From a virus (Duplodnaviria > Heunggongvirae > Uroviricota > Caudoviricetes), in the IMG/VR virus record IMGVR_UViG_2734482571_000007: a stretch of 39,690 bases of DNA, one strand, 5' to 3'. A program made the translations under genes and the position numbers. The notes under the pieces were generated by a model. That model saw nothing but the letters and a program-made list of their open reading frames with translations. It made no database searches and was not told where the DNA came from. Positions 27,603-35,536 of this stretch are shown here, piece after piece (position 1 is the stretch's first letter; each line of letters starts with the position of its first letter).

Positions 27603-27974
27603 TTACTTCGTCTTTCCTGCCGGAACAGCAGTCGTTCCGGCCATATCAGTAAATTCATGCTGTCGCTGTGTCTCCAGACGGCGGATGCTGGCCTTGTCCA
27701 CGTTGCAGTTTTTAATCACCGCCAGCAGTTGCAGGTTGTAAGTGACCGATGCACCAAACGTGAACGGCTGCGGCGCGGGAGGGACCAGGCAGTCAGCCAG
27801 CCATTCAGCGGGGATCGGCACCGGCTTCACCGGCACGTATTTCACAGACGGCCCGCCGCACCCGGTCAGCCACATCATCAGGCACAGGCACAGCGGCAGC
27901 AGGCACCGTTGCCAGTGACCGGCGGACAATGCTCTGCTGTTCCTCGCTGTGCTGCATGTTCTGCTGTTTTTCAT
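27603..27974 (-). CDS. o-spanin-like outer-membrane lipoprotein (Rz1-like); start uncertain
   Basis: Lipobox-like LTGC followed by a Pro-rich segment; frame overlaps the i-spanin gene in the classic Rz/Rz1 way. Confidence 0.5.
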   Translation of the reverse strand: MKNSRTCSTARNSRALSAGHWQRCLLPLCLCLMMWLTGCGGPSVKYVPVKPVPIPAEWLADCLVPPAPQPFTFGASVTYNLQLLAVIKNCNVDKASIRRLETQRQHEFTDMAGTTAVPAGKTK

Positions 27975-28155
27975 TCGTGGCCGCCTTGCTGATTTGTGAA
28001 ATGAGTTGCAGGGTGCGTTGCTGGTTTGCCAGCACCAGACGGGCTTCGTCCCGTTCACGCACAAGCACATGATTATTGTCCTCAAGGCGCTGCGTCTTCT
28101 GGTGCATTCCCCATACCACGGCAGCCAGCACGCTCATCACCCCCAGCGCCGCCAT
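27805..28155 (-). CDS. i-spanin-like inner-membrane protein (Rz-like); start at internal Met MAALGVMSVLAAVVWG
   Basis: N-terminal transmembrane helix then coiled coil; GGAGG before the internal ATG; the longer ORF to 28326 overlaps the endolysin gene. Confidence 0.55.
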   Translation of the reverse strand: MAALGVMSVLAAVVWGMHQKTQRLEDNNHVLVRERDEARLVLANQQRTLQLISQISKAATNEKQQNMQHSEEQQSIVRRSLATVPAAAVPVPDDVADRVRRAVCEIRAGEAGADPR

Positions 28156-28267
28156 ACAGCCTCCGGCAATCAGGGCCGGTAAGGGATTGTTCACCGCAGA
28201 CACAGCACACCCCGCAGCAGCACAACGGCACACAGCAGCGCAATCATGAGCGGTCGCCAGAAGCGGT

Positions 28268-28768
28268 TCAGACTTTCGGCAAATCGTAACGACATAACCA
28301 TTCATCCGCCGAACGGCGGGCCTCAAGACCGGGGAGTTTTACCCCCTTTGAATAAATCCAGCGGATATACTGCTTACAGGACGCGGGCATCTGCCCGGCA
28401 TTGATAAGGCGCAGGAGCGTGGAGTTGCGAAAGTTCGTTTCACCGGCCCAGAAAATCCAGGAGGCCAGCGCCACCGTCTGACCACGGGTAAGCGGCACCT
28501 GAACATGACGATCGATAGCCGCAAAGGCCCATTTCATGTCCTTTTCCAGCAGCTCCAGACACTCTTCATCAGTTTTTGTCATCCCCGGTTTCACATCCGG
28601 GCCGGTATGGCCGTAACAGATGGTGGGGGTGCCGGTGGGATCAATGTACGTGGTGTTTTCTTTCCCTTCCCAGTAGCCGGTGTAGTGCGTGGCAATGGTG
28701 AACGTCCCGGCTCCGGCCAGAACAAGGGCAATCAGCTTTTTACGCAGGGGTGCGGGGAGTTTTGGCAT
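28268..28768 (-). CDS. Endolysin, lysozyme-like, with N-terminal signal-anchor-release (SAR) domain
   Basis: N-terminal weakly hydrophobic LIALVLAGAGTFTIA segment; lysozyme-like core resembling the SAR endolysin of phage P1. Confidence 0.8.
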   Translation of the reverse strand: MPKLPAPLRKKLIALVLAGAGTFTIATHYTGYWEGKENTTYIDPTGTPTICYGHTGPDVKPGMTKTDEECLELLEKDMKWAFAAIDRHVQVPLTRGQTVALASWIFWAGETNFRNSTLLRLINAGQMPASCKQYIRWIYSKGVKLPGLEARRSADEWLCRYDLPKV

Positions 28769-28839
28769 TGTTACGCTGTCTCATGGTGTTCTCTGAGTCA
28801 GCGTAACCGTGAGGAAAAGGGGGCAGGATTTGCGGAATA

Positions 28840-29262
28840 TCAGAAAAGCCGTGGCTGCGTGCGTTCCTGATGCAGGCGACGCTGGTTGCGGATAACGGAG
28901 TAAATCTGCGTCTCTGACATCTGGTAGTGGCGGCGCAGGGTTTCAATTTTTTCGCCCTGGCTCCAGCGGGAAAAAATTTCATTATTGCGCAGTTCGGTGA
29001 AAAGGGATTCACCGACCGGGAGATAATAACCACGCCCGCCCATGTACCCGGCCTGTGCGGCTGCAACCTTACGGGCAAGCATTCCCGCCTGAGCAGGTTC
29101 AATCCCCTGACGGTGCAGTTCAGCACTGATCACATCAACCAGGTCCCGCAGCGTGCCGGGCCAGTTCTTTTTCAGCTCATCATCAGGAATATCATCCAGA
29201 CGGTCAATCAGCGCGTGCAGCTGTTCGCTGTCACCAAACATGCTCATCTGTGTTTCAGCCAT
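28840..29262 (-). CDS. Mor/C-family transcriptional activator (only family member found)
   Basis: C-terminal region GGRGYYLPVGESL...QMSETQIYSVIRNQRR matches the Mor/C C-terminal helix-turn-helix pattern; lies just upstream of the lysis genes. Confidence 0.75.
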   Translation of the reverse strand: MAETQMSMFGDSEQLHALIDRLDDIPDDELKKNWPGTLRDLVDVISAELHRQGIEPAQAGMLARKVAAAQAGYMGGRGYYLPVGESLFTELRNNEIFSRWSQGEKIETLRRHYQMSETQIYSVIRNQRRLHQERTQPRLF

Positions 29263-29332
29263 ACCCGCCTCCGGTCATCATTACACAGGGCAAGTTTAAA
29301 ATAAAAATCCCGCGCTGTGGCGGGATTTGGGG

Positions 29333-29845
29333 TTAACGGGGGAATGATTTTTCATACAGCCTGCAAACACGCTCATAACTCATCACTGCACGTTCCGACA
29401 TATCCAGGGCTGCCAGCATTTTGCGGCGGTGCCAGCGTTTGAGACGCTCCAGCACATCAGAGGCCAGCGCGGGTTGTTGCTCCAGCCACTGCCAGTTAGC
29501 CACACCTTCGCCGTCGTTCTGCGCGGCCGTCTGCGATTTCACCCAGCGGTTAAGGGCCGTTTCCCCGCCATCAGAGATAAATCCCTGCCGGTGCATCACT
29601 TTCCAGATGGCGCGAATTTTGGCGGTCACCGTACCCGGTTTTAAGGCCCGGTTAACCGGCTTCTGACGCACTTTAAAACCGCGTTTTTTGAAAACATCCA
29701 GCACGCGGGATAACTCACCGGGTGACATATCACGGCAACTGGATTTGCCGGTGGCTGCCAGCAGCGCGGATGTATAGGTATCATGGTCAAGCTGTAGATC
29801 GCGTTTTGCGACATGTATTAAGGTAATCAGGGAAGCGCGATTCAT
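29333..29845 (-). CDS. GemA-like regulatory protein (Mu gp16 family)
   Basis: N-terminal LITLIHVAKRDLQLDHDTYTSALLAATGKSSCRDMSPGEL pattern; position immediately before Mor/C. Confidence 0.55.
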   Translation of the reverse strand: MNRASLITLIHVAKRDLQLDHDTYTSALLAATGKSSCRDMSPGELSRVLDVFKKRGFKVRQKPVNRALKPGTVTAKIRAIWKVMHRQGFISDGGETALNRWVKSQTAAQNDGEGVANWQWLEQQPALASDVLERLKRWHRRKMLAALDMSERAVMSYERVCRLYEKSFPR

Positions 29846-29857
29846 TATCGTGGCTCC

Positions 29858-29877
29858 ATAAAAAATGGGCGGTGTTA
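29858..29877 (-). terminator. Hairpin GGCGGTG-N6-CACCGCC followed on the minus strand by CAUUUUUUAU, immediately upstream of gemA
   Basis: Perfect 7-bp stem and a U-tract on the early-operon strand, about 8.95 kb from the prophage left end. Confidence 0.45.
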
Positions 29878-29915
29878 CCGCACCGCCATGTCAATTAACA
29901 TAAAAGGAAAAATCT

Positions 29916-30155
29916 ATGTCAGATATAAAAAATGCACTTGATGTTGCCGCATTCACAATGGCTGGAAATCTTATGGTAACCCTGTTCGATAAGGGGCTGA
30001 TTTCCCGTGAGGAGGCAATACATATTATCAATCTCGCTCAAAAAAACTCTACCCCGGAAAATGCAGAAGATATCCAGGATGGCTCATATATTAATACCGA
30101 CTGGCATTTCGACAATCTCCGGGCCTGTATGGGGATTACCGCTGAAAAAGATTAA
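29916..30155 (+). CDS. Hypothetical protein (79 aa) on the opposite strand to the early operon, in an AT-rich island
   Basis: AAGGA ribosome-binding site; low GC relative to neighbours; 3' end overlaps the convergent gene by 20 nt. Could be a non-coding gap instead. Confidence 0.4.
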   Translation: MSDIKNALDVAAFTMAGNLMVTLFDKGLISREEAIHIINLAQKNSTPENAEDIQDGSYINTDWHFDNLRACMGITAEKD

Positions 30156-30423
30156 AAATTTTTGCATAATGTTCAGATGTAAGAATTGCTGAACCATCAA
30201 CACCGAGCCTACGGCGAACGTATTCCTCGCGGGCTATTTTATTATCCAGAGATACAGCATCCTTAATCAGGTTAATCTCCCGCTCCATTATCAAAAGGGC
30301 TTCTCTGGCTGCAAGATTTTCTTTTATCGCATATTCGATAATGTCCCGCATACGTTCAAGCATGCCGATTTTAGCCAGTTCTTCGTCGATAGATTTAGGC
30401 GCAAATTTGATTTCTTTTTCCAT
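30136..30423 (-). CDS. Hypothetical early protein (95 aa from MEKEIKF), AT-rich
   Basis: GAGGA ribosome-binding site; ATG lies 1 nt after the stop of the upstream zinc-ribbon gene (translational coupling). Confidence 0.5.
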   Translation of the reverse strand: MEKEIKFAPKSIDEELAKIGMLERMRDIIEYAIKENLAAREALLIMEREINLIKDAVSLDNKIAREEYVRRRLGVDGSAILTSEHYAKIFNLFQR

Positions 30424-30424
30424 A

Positions 30425-30568
30425 TTATTCATCCTCACAATTTATACATGCAGTGTCGTCGCCCATATCGCAGTGGTTACATTTTATCTCACCACAATGT
30501 GGGCACTCTTTCAGATACTCCGGGTCCTCATTTCCACAGGTGGGACATTCAACAATTTGCTCATCCAT
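30425..30568 (-). CDS. Small zinc-ribbon protein (47 aa, four CxxC pairs); not in the supplied ORF track
   Basis: MDEQIVECPTCGNEDPEYLKECPHCGEIKCNHCDMGDDTACINCEDE read from the minus strand. Confidence 0.5.
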   Translation of the reverse strand: MDEQIVECPTCGNEDPEYLKECPHCGEIKCNHCDMGDDTACINCEDE

Positions 30569-30893
30569 TATGTATCCCCTGTAATTCCGGCAAGGCCGAA
30601 AGATGGCACCAGTGCGTCACCTGTCCGTCCTCATCTTCAAGGCAGGCTCCGGTTTCTTCATCAATAAAAAAGCCTTCATACCCCATATGGCCGATGCGCA
30701 GTTCCTGTTGGTCACCATACTGAACAATCAGCACGACAGCCTCCATATCAGGCGGAAATGCGTCATCCAGTGAATGCCAGGGATAACCGCGCAAATCCCC
30801 GAAATAAACGCCGGTCAGCGTTCCGCCACAGAGCGGCATTCCGGCGGCACACACAAGAGGTTCATCTGATTCAACAAATAAGGTCGTTATCAT
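30561..30893 (-). CDS. Hypothetical early protein (110 aa), acidic
   Basis: ORF in the early operon with overlapping start/stop. Confidence 0.45.
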   Translation of the reverse strand: MITTLFVESDEPLVCAAGMPLCGGTLTGVYFGDLRGYPWHSLDDAFPPDMEAVVLIVQYGDQQELRIGHMGYEGFFIDEETGACLEDEDGQVTHWCHLSALPELQGIHNG

Positions 30894-31441
30894 GGCGTTA
30901 ACTCCCGTAATACAGCGTCCTCGGCAGTCCGGCGACGGTAATAAACTGCGTGAGCAGAATGTTCAGATATTCCAAACTTTTCGCCAATTTCCCGGAATGA
31001 CAGACGGCGTGGGTAATCGGAATCACGCAGCTCACGTATAAGACGTACATCATCATCAGATATGCGCGTGCCGGGGCGTAACTCTCCGCACTTTGTTAAT
31101 CCAGCACCAATCATTCCTGCCCGACATCTGACAGAATCTTTATTACGTCCGAGATATTCTCCCATTTGCTGGCAGGTCATTGTTCTGGCATTTTTTCGAA
31201 TAAACTTATCTTCATCAGGTGTAAATCTTGGGTGTTTATATTTCAGTAACTCCGGGTATGAACTGCGCAATACACCAGTCCGGTTATATACAGCCCAGAC
31301 AGTTCTTTTTATTCTGGCAGCAATATCCTTAACCGGGGTGGATGAATAAAGCGCAATCAGCAGCGCATCTTCTTCAGGTGTCCACGGACGGACATGAGCG
31401 GGGGCGCGACCTTTTAGTCCCATGGGTTGTAATTTCATCAT
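30890..31441 (-). CDS. Early protein with three internal ~45-aa repeats reminiscent of Myb/SANT helix-turn-helix
   Basis: Repeats begin WTPEEDALL, FTPDEDKFI and ISDDDVRLI, each followed by a basic helix. Confidence 0.5.
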   Translation of the reverse strand: MMKLQPMGLKGRAPAHVRPWTPEEDALLIALYSSTPVKDIAARIKRTVWAVYNRTGVLRSSYPELLKYKHPRFTPDEDKFIRKNARTMTCQQMGEYLGRNKDSVRCRAGMIGAGLTKCGELRPGTRISDDDVRLIRELRDSDYPRRLSFREIGEKFGISEHSAHAVYYRRRTAEDAVLRELTP

Positions 31442-31444
31442 GCA

Positions 31445-31960
31445 TCACCCCCTGACTCGCTTTTCAGCAGCATAAAACTCATCAGACAGTATTTCGGTCA
31501 TTTTCTGTTTTGCGGGTTTTACGCCGCACTGAAGGTAAATCACATCGTCAACGCAGAACCACTTCACAGGGCCAAACAGGATTGCCGAGAAATCAATACC
31601 CAACCAGAACAACAGCGCATCGGTTCTGGCATACGTGACGGGCGAATATTCACGCCACAGACTGTTCAGTTCATCAGAGGCAACACGCAGGGTTTTAGGG
31701 ATACGTGATGTGCGCGGTGTGCAGCTCCAGCCATTCGACGCAGTCGGTTTTCGCCATAAGTCGCGATGAAAAGGATATTTGTCCTCCGTAAAACGCAGTC
31801 CCTTAAAGTAAAATCCACTGATACCGGATACAAATACCGACCGGCACGCAACATTCAGCACGGCCTCAAGGCGTTTTGCCTCATCCTTAACTTTCTGGCA
31901 GTCCTGCTGGTATTTTTGCCACGCAGCCAGCGCGGAAGGGTTTGATGTTTTAAAGAACAT
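31445..31960 (-). CDS. Hypothetical early protein (171 aa)
   Basis: ORF in the early operon. Confidence 0.45.
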   Translation of the reverse strand: MFFKTSNPSALAAWQKYQQDCQKVKDEAKRLEAVLNVACRSVFVSGISGFYFKGLRFTEDKYPFHRDLWRKPTASNGWSCTPRTSRIPKTLRVASDELNSLWREYSPVTYARTDALLFWLGIDFSAILFGPVKWFCVDDVIYLQCGVKPAKQKMTEILSDEFYAAEKRVRG

Positions 31961-32493
31961 TACGCCACCTCCGCAGATATCCCGGCAGGCGCTGCTGTCC
32001 GGTCAACAATCAGGTAGCGCAGAACATGTTCAGTGATATTCCAGCCGCTTAAACCGCAGATAATGACGCCCAGGCGTATGTCGATATACGCCATCACAAA
32101 CTGGGGCACGCCTTCTTTCATGGCCTGCTCATCAACTTCAGCCACCACATAAACGGTTTCACAGGTCAGAACGCCCTGAGCAAATTCCCACGCCATCGAC
32201 GGAATATCATGCCCCTCAATCCATGGCAGGGATTTTCTGAAGCCGCACCACTGAACATCATCAGCCGCAGATTCCTGGCTGCATTTGCGACGAACCGGCT
32301 GCACCGGGCGGGGACGCGGAATATCATAAAAACCGTTACATTCCGTCAGCACGCCTGCATCAACCGCATCACGCAGAAAATAAACCATGGAGGATGGCGG
32401 CATATTCATTTTTTCAGCCAGTACACCGCAGGTCAGGCGGCCATAAATACACAGCCAGTTTTTAACCCCTTCAAGCACTTTTGCATCAATCAT
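31960..32493 (-). CDS. Hypothetical early protein (177 aa), possible N-terminal winged helix
   Basis: ORF in the early operon. Confidence 0.45.
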   Translation of the reverse strand: MIDAKVLEGVKNWLCIYGRLTCGVLAEKMNMPPSSMVYFLRDAVDAGVLTECNGFYDIPRPRPVQPVRRKCSQESAADDVQWCGFRKSLPWIEGHDIPSMAWEFAQGVLTCETVYVVAEVDEQAMKEGVPQFVMAYIDIRLGVIICGLSGWNITEHVLRYLIVDRTAAPAGISAEVA

Positions 32494-32638
32494 GATTTAT
32501 TTCCCCACCACATTATTAATGACGATATAAACGTATTTCATATTTCTTAACCCTTATTTTCTGTTTTCAGGCGCAAGCAGTCCCCTGACGCGAGCGCCAT
32601 AATTAAAATGAAGTGATATTTAATTGATTAATGCGGTG

Positions 32639-33169
32639 TTATTTATTCAGTCCGGCGTCCTGTTCAAAAGGCTCGACATAAAAACTTTCAGCGCCTTTAT
32701 TCACCTTGATACCGGCAATGCCTTTCACAGCATCCGGCTCCGCCAGGACGGCTTCCTTGTTCACTTCCTCTTTCGTGCGGATGAAACGCTCAAGCCCCAT
32801 ACGGCGCAGCATTTCAATCACACCTTCCACATCACGGCTGACGCTGCATGATGGCGTTCCCAGCCGCCATGACACCGTTCCGGTGGTCAGATTGGCTGTT
32901 TTGGTTTTGCCGCCGTTCGTCAGCTCATCACGGTTGGTTTTGCACCAGTCCTGAATCCCTTTAAAAAGCACTTTGATTTGCTTTTTAAGATTTTCAATCT
33001 GCGGCGTATAACGGGCGGTGATTTCTGCCACTTCGTCATTCATCGCCGTTTCCAGGCGCAGCGCCTCTCGCTGAATATCTCCCAGGGTGCGGATATCACG
33101 GCTGACTTCTTCCCGGGTCTGCGGTGCCGCCTCGGCTGCGGCCTTTAATTTTGTAACGCGTTTAGCCAT
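32639..33169 (-). CDS. gam: Gam-like host-nuclease inhibitor (Mu Gam family)
   Basis: 176 aa; motifs LGDIQREALRLETAMNDEVAEIT, WCKTNRDELTNGGKTKTANL and ERFIRTKEEVNKEA match Mu Gam as recalled. Confidence 0.85.
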   Translation of the reverse strand: MAKRVTKLKAAAEAAPQTREEVSRDIRTLGDIQREALRLETAMNDEVAEITARYTPQIENLKKQIKVLFKGIQDWCKTNRDELTNGGKTKTANLTTGTVSWRLGTPSCSVSRDVEGVIEMLRRMGLERFIRTKEEVNKEAVLAEPDAVKGIAGIKVNKGAESFYVEPFEQDAGLNK

Positions 33170-33180
33170 TTTGTTTTTCC

Positions 33181-33474
33181 TTATTGCAGTGTGCCTGATG
33201 CTTTATGCACGCGGTGGCGTTTAATGATGGCATCCGCTCCAAAAGACTGTGCAGATGCCTGAAATTCCGCTGAGAGAAACTGAATAATTGCAGGACTGTG
33301 ATACTGGAGAATACTTGCATAAACGTCACAGAGTGACGTCGGCCTGTTATCCGTATCACGTTCTGTTTTCACATCCACTCCAATCTTTTCATGCACTTCA
33401 ACACAGTCATTGCCTGCCAACTTTTCGTCATGCGAAACATGATTAAATTCAAAAATAACGCGTACTTTGCTCAT
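33181..33474 (-). CDS. Small early protein, tandem paralogue A (starts MSKVRVIFEF)
   Basis: N-terminus parallels the adjacent ORF 33479..33751 (MSKVVRIIFEY). Confidence 0.5.
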   Translation of the reverse strand: MSKVRVIFEFNHVSHDEKLAGNDCVEVHEKIGVDVKTERDTDNRPTSLCDVYASILQYHSPAIIQFLSAEFQASAQSFGADAIIKRHRVHKASGTLQ

Positions 33475-33478
33475 GGAA

Positions 33479-33751
33479 TTACCCCTGTTGATTAAATTCA
33501 TTACCGTTAATAACCCCGGAAGCCATGCCTCTGTCTTTCATGAATGCACTGGCTTTCATTGCCACAAACTCTGCGAAGTTTCTGCTTTCTGCCAGCATAA
33601 CCACCCCAAAAATCATGGCGGGTCCATTATCTTTCTTCTTTATTCCGGTTGAACGTATATCCAGACTTACCCCTCTGTGCGTGCTGCCATCAGAGTTTTT
33701 GCAGATAACATCTTCCTTGTATTCGAAAATAATGCGTACGACTTTACTCAT
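33479..33751 (-). CDS. Small early protein, tandem paralogue B (starts MSKVVRIIFEY)
   Basis: See paralogue A. Confidence 0.5.
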   Translation of the reverse strand: MSKVVRIIFEYKEDVICKNSDGSTHRGVSLDIRSTGIKKKDNGPAMIFGVVMLAESRNFAEFVAMKASAFMKDRGMASGVINGNEFNQQG

Positions 33752-34029
33752 CCTCTGGTCCTCGTTCTGTTTGGATAACTGACCCGGCGTCTAACCTCAC
33801 GGCAGAACCGAATCATGGCATTAAAGGCTTCTTCCTCCGTCACCGCTTCCGGTATCCCCGGAACCAGTAACTGCTCCTGTTCATCACGTCCATGACGCGC
33901 CATAACCTCAATCACATGCCGTACCGTGGCAGGCTTTCCGGCAACTATCGGCAATGCACCTTCCGGCAGGACGTAACCAAACTCAATAAGACCACTCGAC
34001 CACGCCCATGCAATGAGATTTTTTTTCAC
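33748..34029 (-). CDS. Hypothetical early protein (93 aa)
   Basis: ORF in the early operon. Confidence 0.4.
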   Translation of the reverse strand: MKKNLIAWAWSSGLIEFGYVLPEGALPIVAGKPATVRHVIEVMARHGRDEQEQLLVPGIPEAVTEEEAFNAMIRFCREVRRRVSYPNRTRTRG

Positions 34030-34030
34030 C

Positions 34031-34297
34031 TCACACCTCCCAGTAAACCGTGCAGCCGCTGATGCGGGTGGCCTTCACACGGCGGCGCAGGCCGTTGGTC
34101 TGTATGGTGATTTCAATTTCACCGGTTCCCTGCACGTTGCCTACCGGCGGCGTGGTTTTCAGTGCAAAACGTTGCGGATAGCGCTTACTGCGTTCCAGTA
34201 CCGCACCGGCAAGTTCGGTCAGACGGCGCGCGCTGTTCAGGGAGTCGAATAAATTCATTTTGTTACCGCAGGATTGCATATTCATATAACACCTCAT
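34031..34297 (-). CDS. Hypothetical early protein (88 aa or shorter)
   Basis: ORF in the early operon. Confidence 0.4.
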   Translation of the reverse strand: MRCYMNMQSCGNKMNLFDSLNSARRLTELAGAVLERSKRYPQRFALKTTPPVGNVQGTGEIEITIQTNGLRRRVKATRISGCTVYWEV

Positions 34298-34525
34298 TTA
34301 GCTGACTTGTTTCGCACCAACAGAACGGCATATTCCGCTGTAAACTTCTGTCGCACCTTCGCGATCAAGTCCGGCAGATATCACCATTCGTGTGCGGTCA
34401 TTAAATTCAAAAAGTAAATCGCCACATTCTTTATTTTCGGCCAGTGAAATCACCTTCACGTTATCGAAATTAACCAGGTAAAAGCGTCCGTAAATATCAG
34501 GAATATTAAATACCGCCATAATCAC
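34298..34525 (-). CDS. Small early protein at the Kil position (75 aa, directly after B)
   Basis: Position and size match Mu kil; no sequence recognition. Confidence 0.4.
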   Translation of the reverse strand: MIMAVFNIPDIYGRFYLVNFDNVKVISLAENKECGDLLFEFNDRTRMVISAGLDREGATEVYSGICRSVGAKQVS

Positions 34526-35463
34526 ACCTGTGAGAGTAATTCAGGGTTGGTATAAACCTCTTTAAAGGCCGCATTAATATGTTTTTCTGTCAGCGCCGCG
34601 CCTTCACCGCTGGCGGTGAGCCACGCCTGGTTAAGCGTATGTGTCAGAACGCGTAACGCTCCCGGCTTTTCAGCGATAGCCTGCATGACGGCCAGCTCGG
34701 CCTCACCACTGATCCCCCACGCCATGGCAATGGCCAGCACATCCGCCTTTTTGGCCTTGCGAAGTTGTTTTGTACGGGCAAGACGGCTGAACAGGCGCGA
34801 TAAATCATCAAAGGCGCGGCGTCCACCTTTAAACAATCCGCGCGGGTTACCAATAAGCACCATCCCGATCCCCGTGGCGTCCTGAATTGCCCGGAGTTGC
34901 TCCAGACCGTCAATACCAAGATGATCCGCCTCATCCACAATCACCAGTCCACGCGTTCCCATCAGGCGACGGCGGATGGCGCGGGATAATGCCCCTTTGT
35001 TCGCGCGGGTGTAATCAATCCCCAGCGCATCGGCCAGCTCCAGCAGACACTCCGTGACGCTGGAGTGCGCGGGTGACAGGGTGATCATCCAGGTGTTTGG
35101 TTGCTCCTGGCAGTAATTACGGGCAGTGGCCGTTTTACCCACACCCGGTACGCCCACAATAACGTTAATACAGCCCATCAGGCGAACCGCCTGAAACAGT
35201 GCGCGCAGCTCCTGGACTGTCTGAGTTTCCACAAACTGCGGCGGTTCCGGCAGTGCGCTTTGTTTATTCCAGTTCTCATACCAGGAGCGCAGGGAAGCAG
35301 CCACAGCAGCGTTATCGCCTTTATATTTTCCCTTACGGAAAGCCGATAATGTGCCGTCGGAAATTCCCGCCTCTCTGGCGATGGCATACTGCGTCAGTAC
35401 GCCGCCATCAATAAGTTCATCAATGGTCTTGATTACATCGTTAATATCGGTCATATTATTCAC
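34522..35463 (-). CDS. B: MuB-like ATP-dependent target-DNA activator
   Basis: 313 aa; Walker A GVPGVGKT; directly after the transposase. Confidence 0.85.
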   Translation of the reverse strand: MNNMTDINDVIKTIDELIDGGVLTQYAIAREAGISDGTLSAFRKGKYKGDNAAVAASLRSWYENWNKQSALPEPPQFVETQTVQELRALFQAVRLMGCINVIVGVPGVGKTATARNYCQEQPNTWMITLSPAHSSVTECLLELADALGIDYTRANKGALSRAIRRRLMGTRGLVIVDEADHLGIDGLEQLRAIQDATGIGMVLIGNPRGLFKGGRRAFDDLSRLFSRLARTKQLRKAKKADVLAIAMAWGISGEAELAVMQAIAEKPGALRVLTHTLNQAWLTASGEGAALTEKHINAAFKEVYTNPELLSQV

Positions 35464-35536
35464 CTCGCTTGAGACAGCATTCTCCGAGACTGAAACCTCA
35501 AATAACCTGAGTCACCCCTCGGGTTATTTTTTTATT

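Noticed and set aside
27805-28326. 173-aa ORF as a single protein
   Set aside because: Its N-terminal 57 codons overlap the endolysin gene; an internal ATG with GGAGG gives a typical i-spanin.
28740-29126. 128-aa ORF overlapping the Mor/C gene
   Set aside because: Alternative frame inside a recognisable Mor/C-family gene; Arg/Pro-rich translation.
35464-35536. Plus-strand T-run with imperfect hairpin between A and B as a terminator
   Set aside because: Stem is imperfect and there is no plus-strand transcription unit to terminate; on the coding strand it is simply an A-rich spacer.
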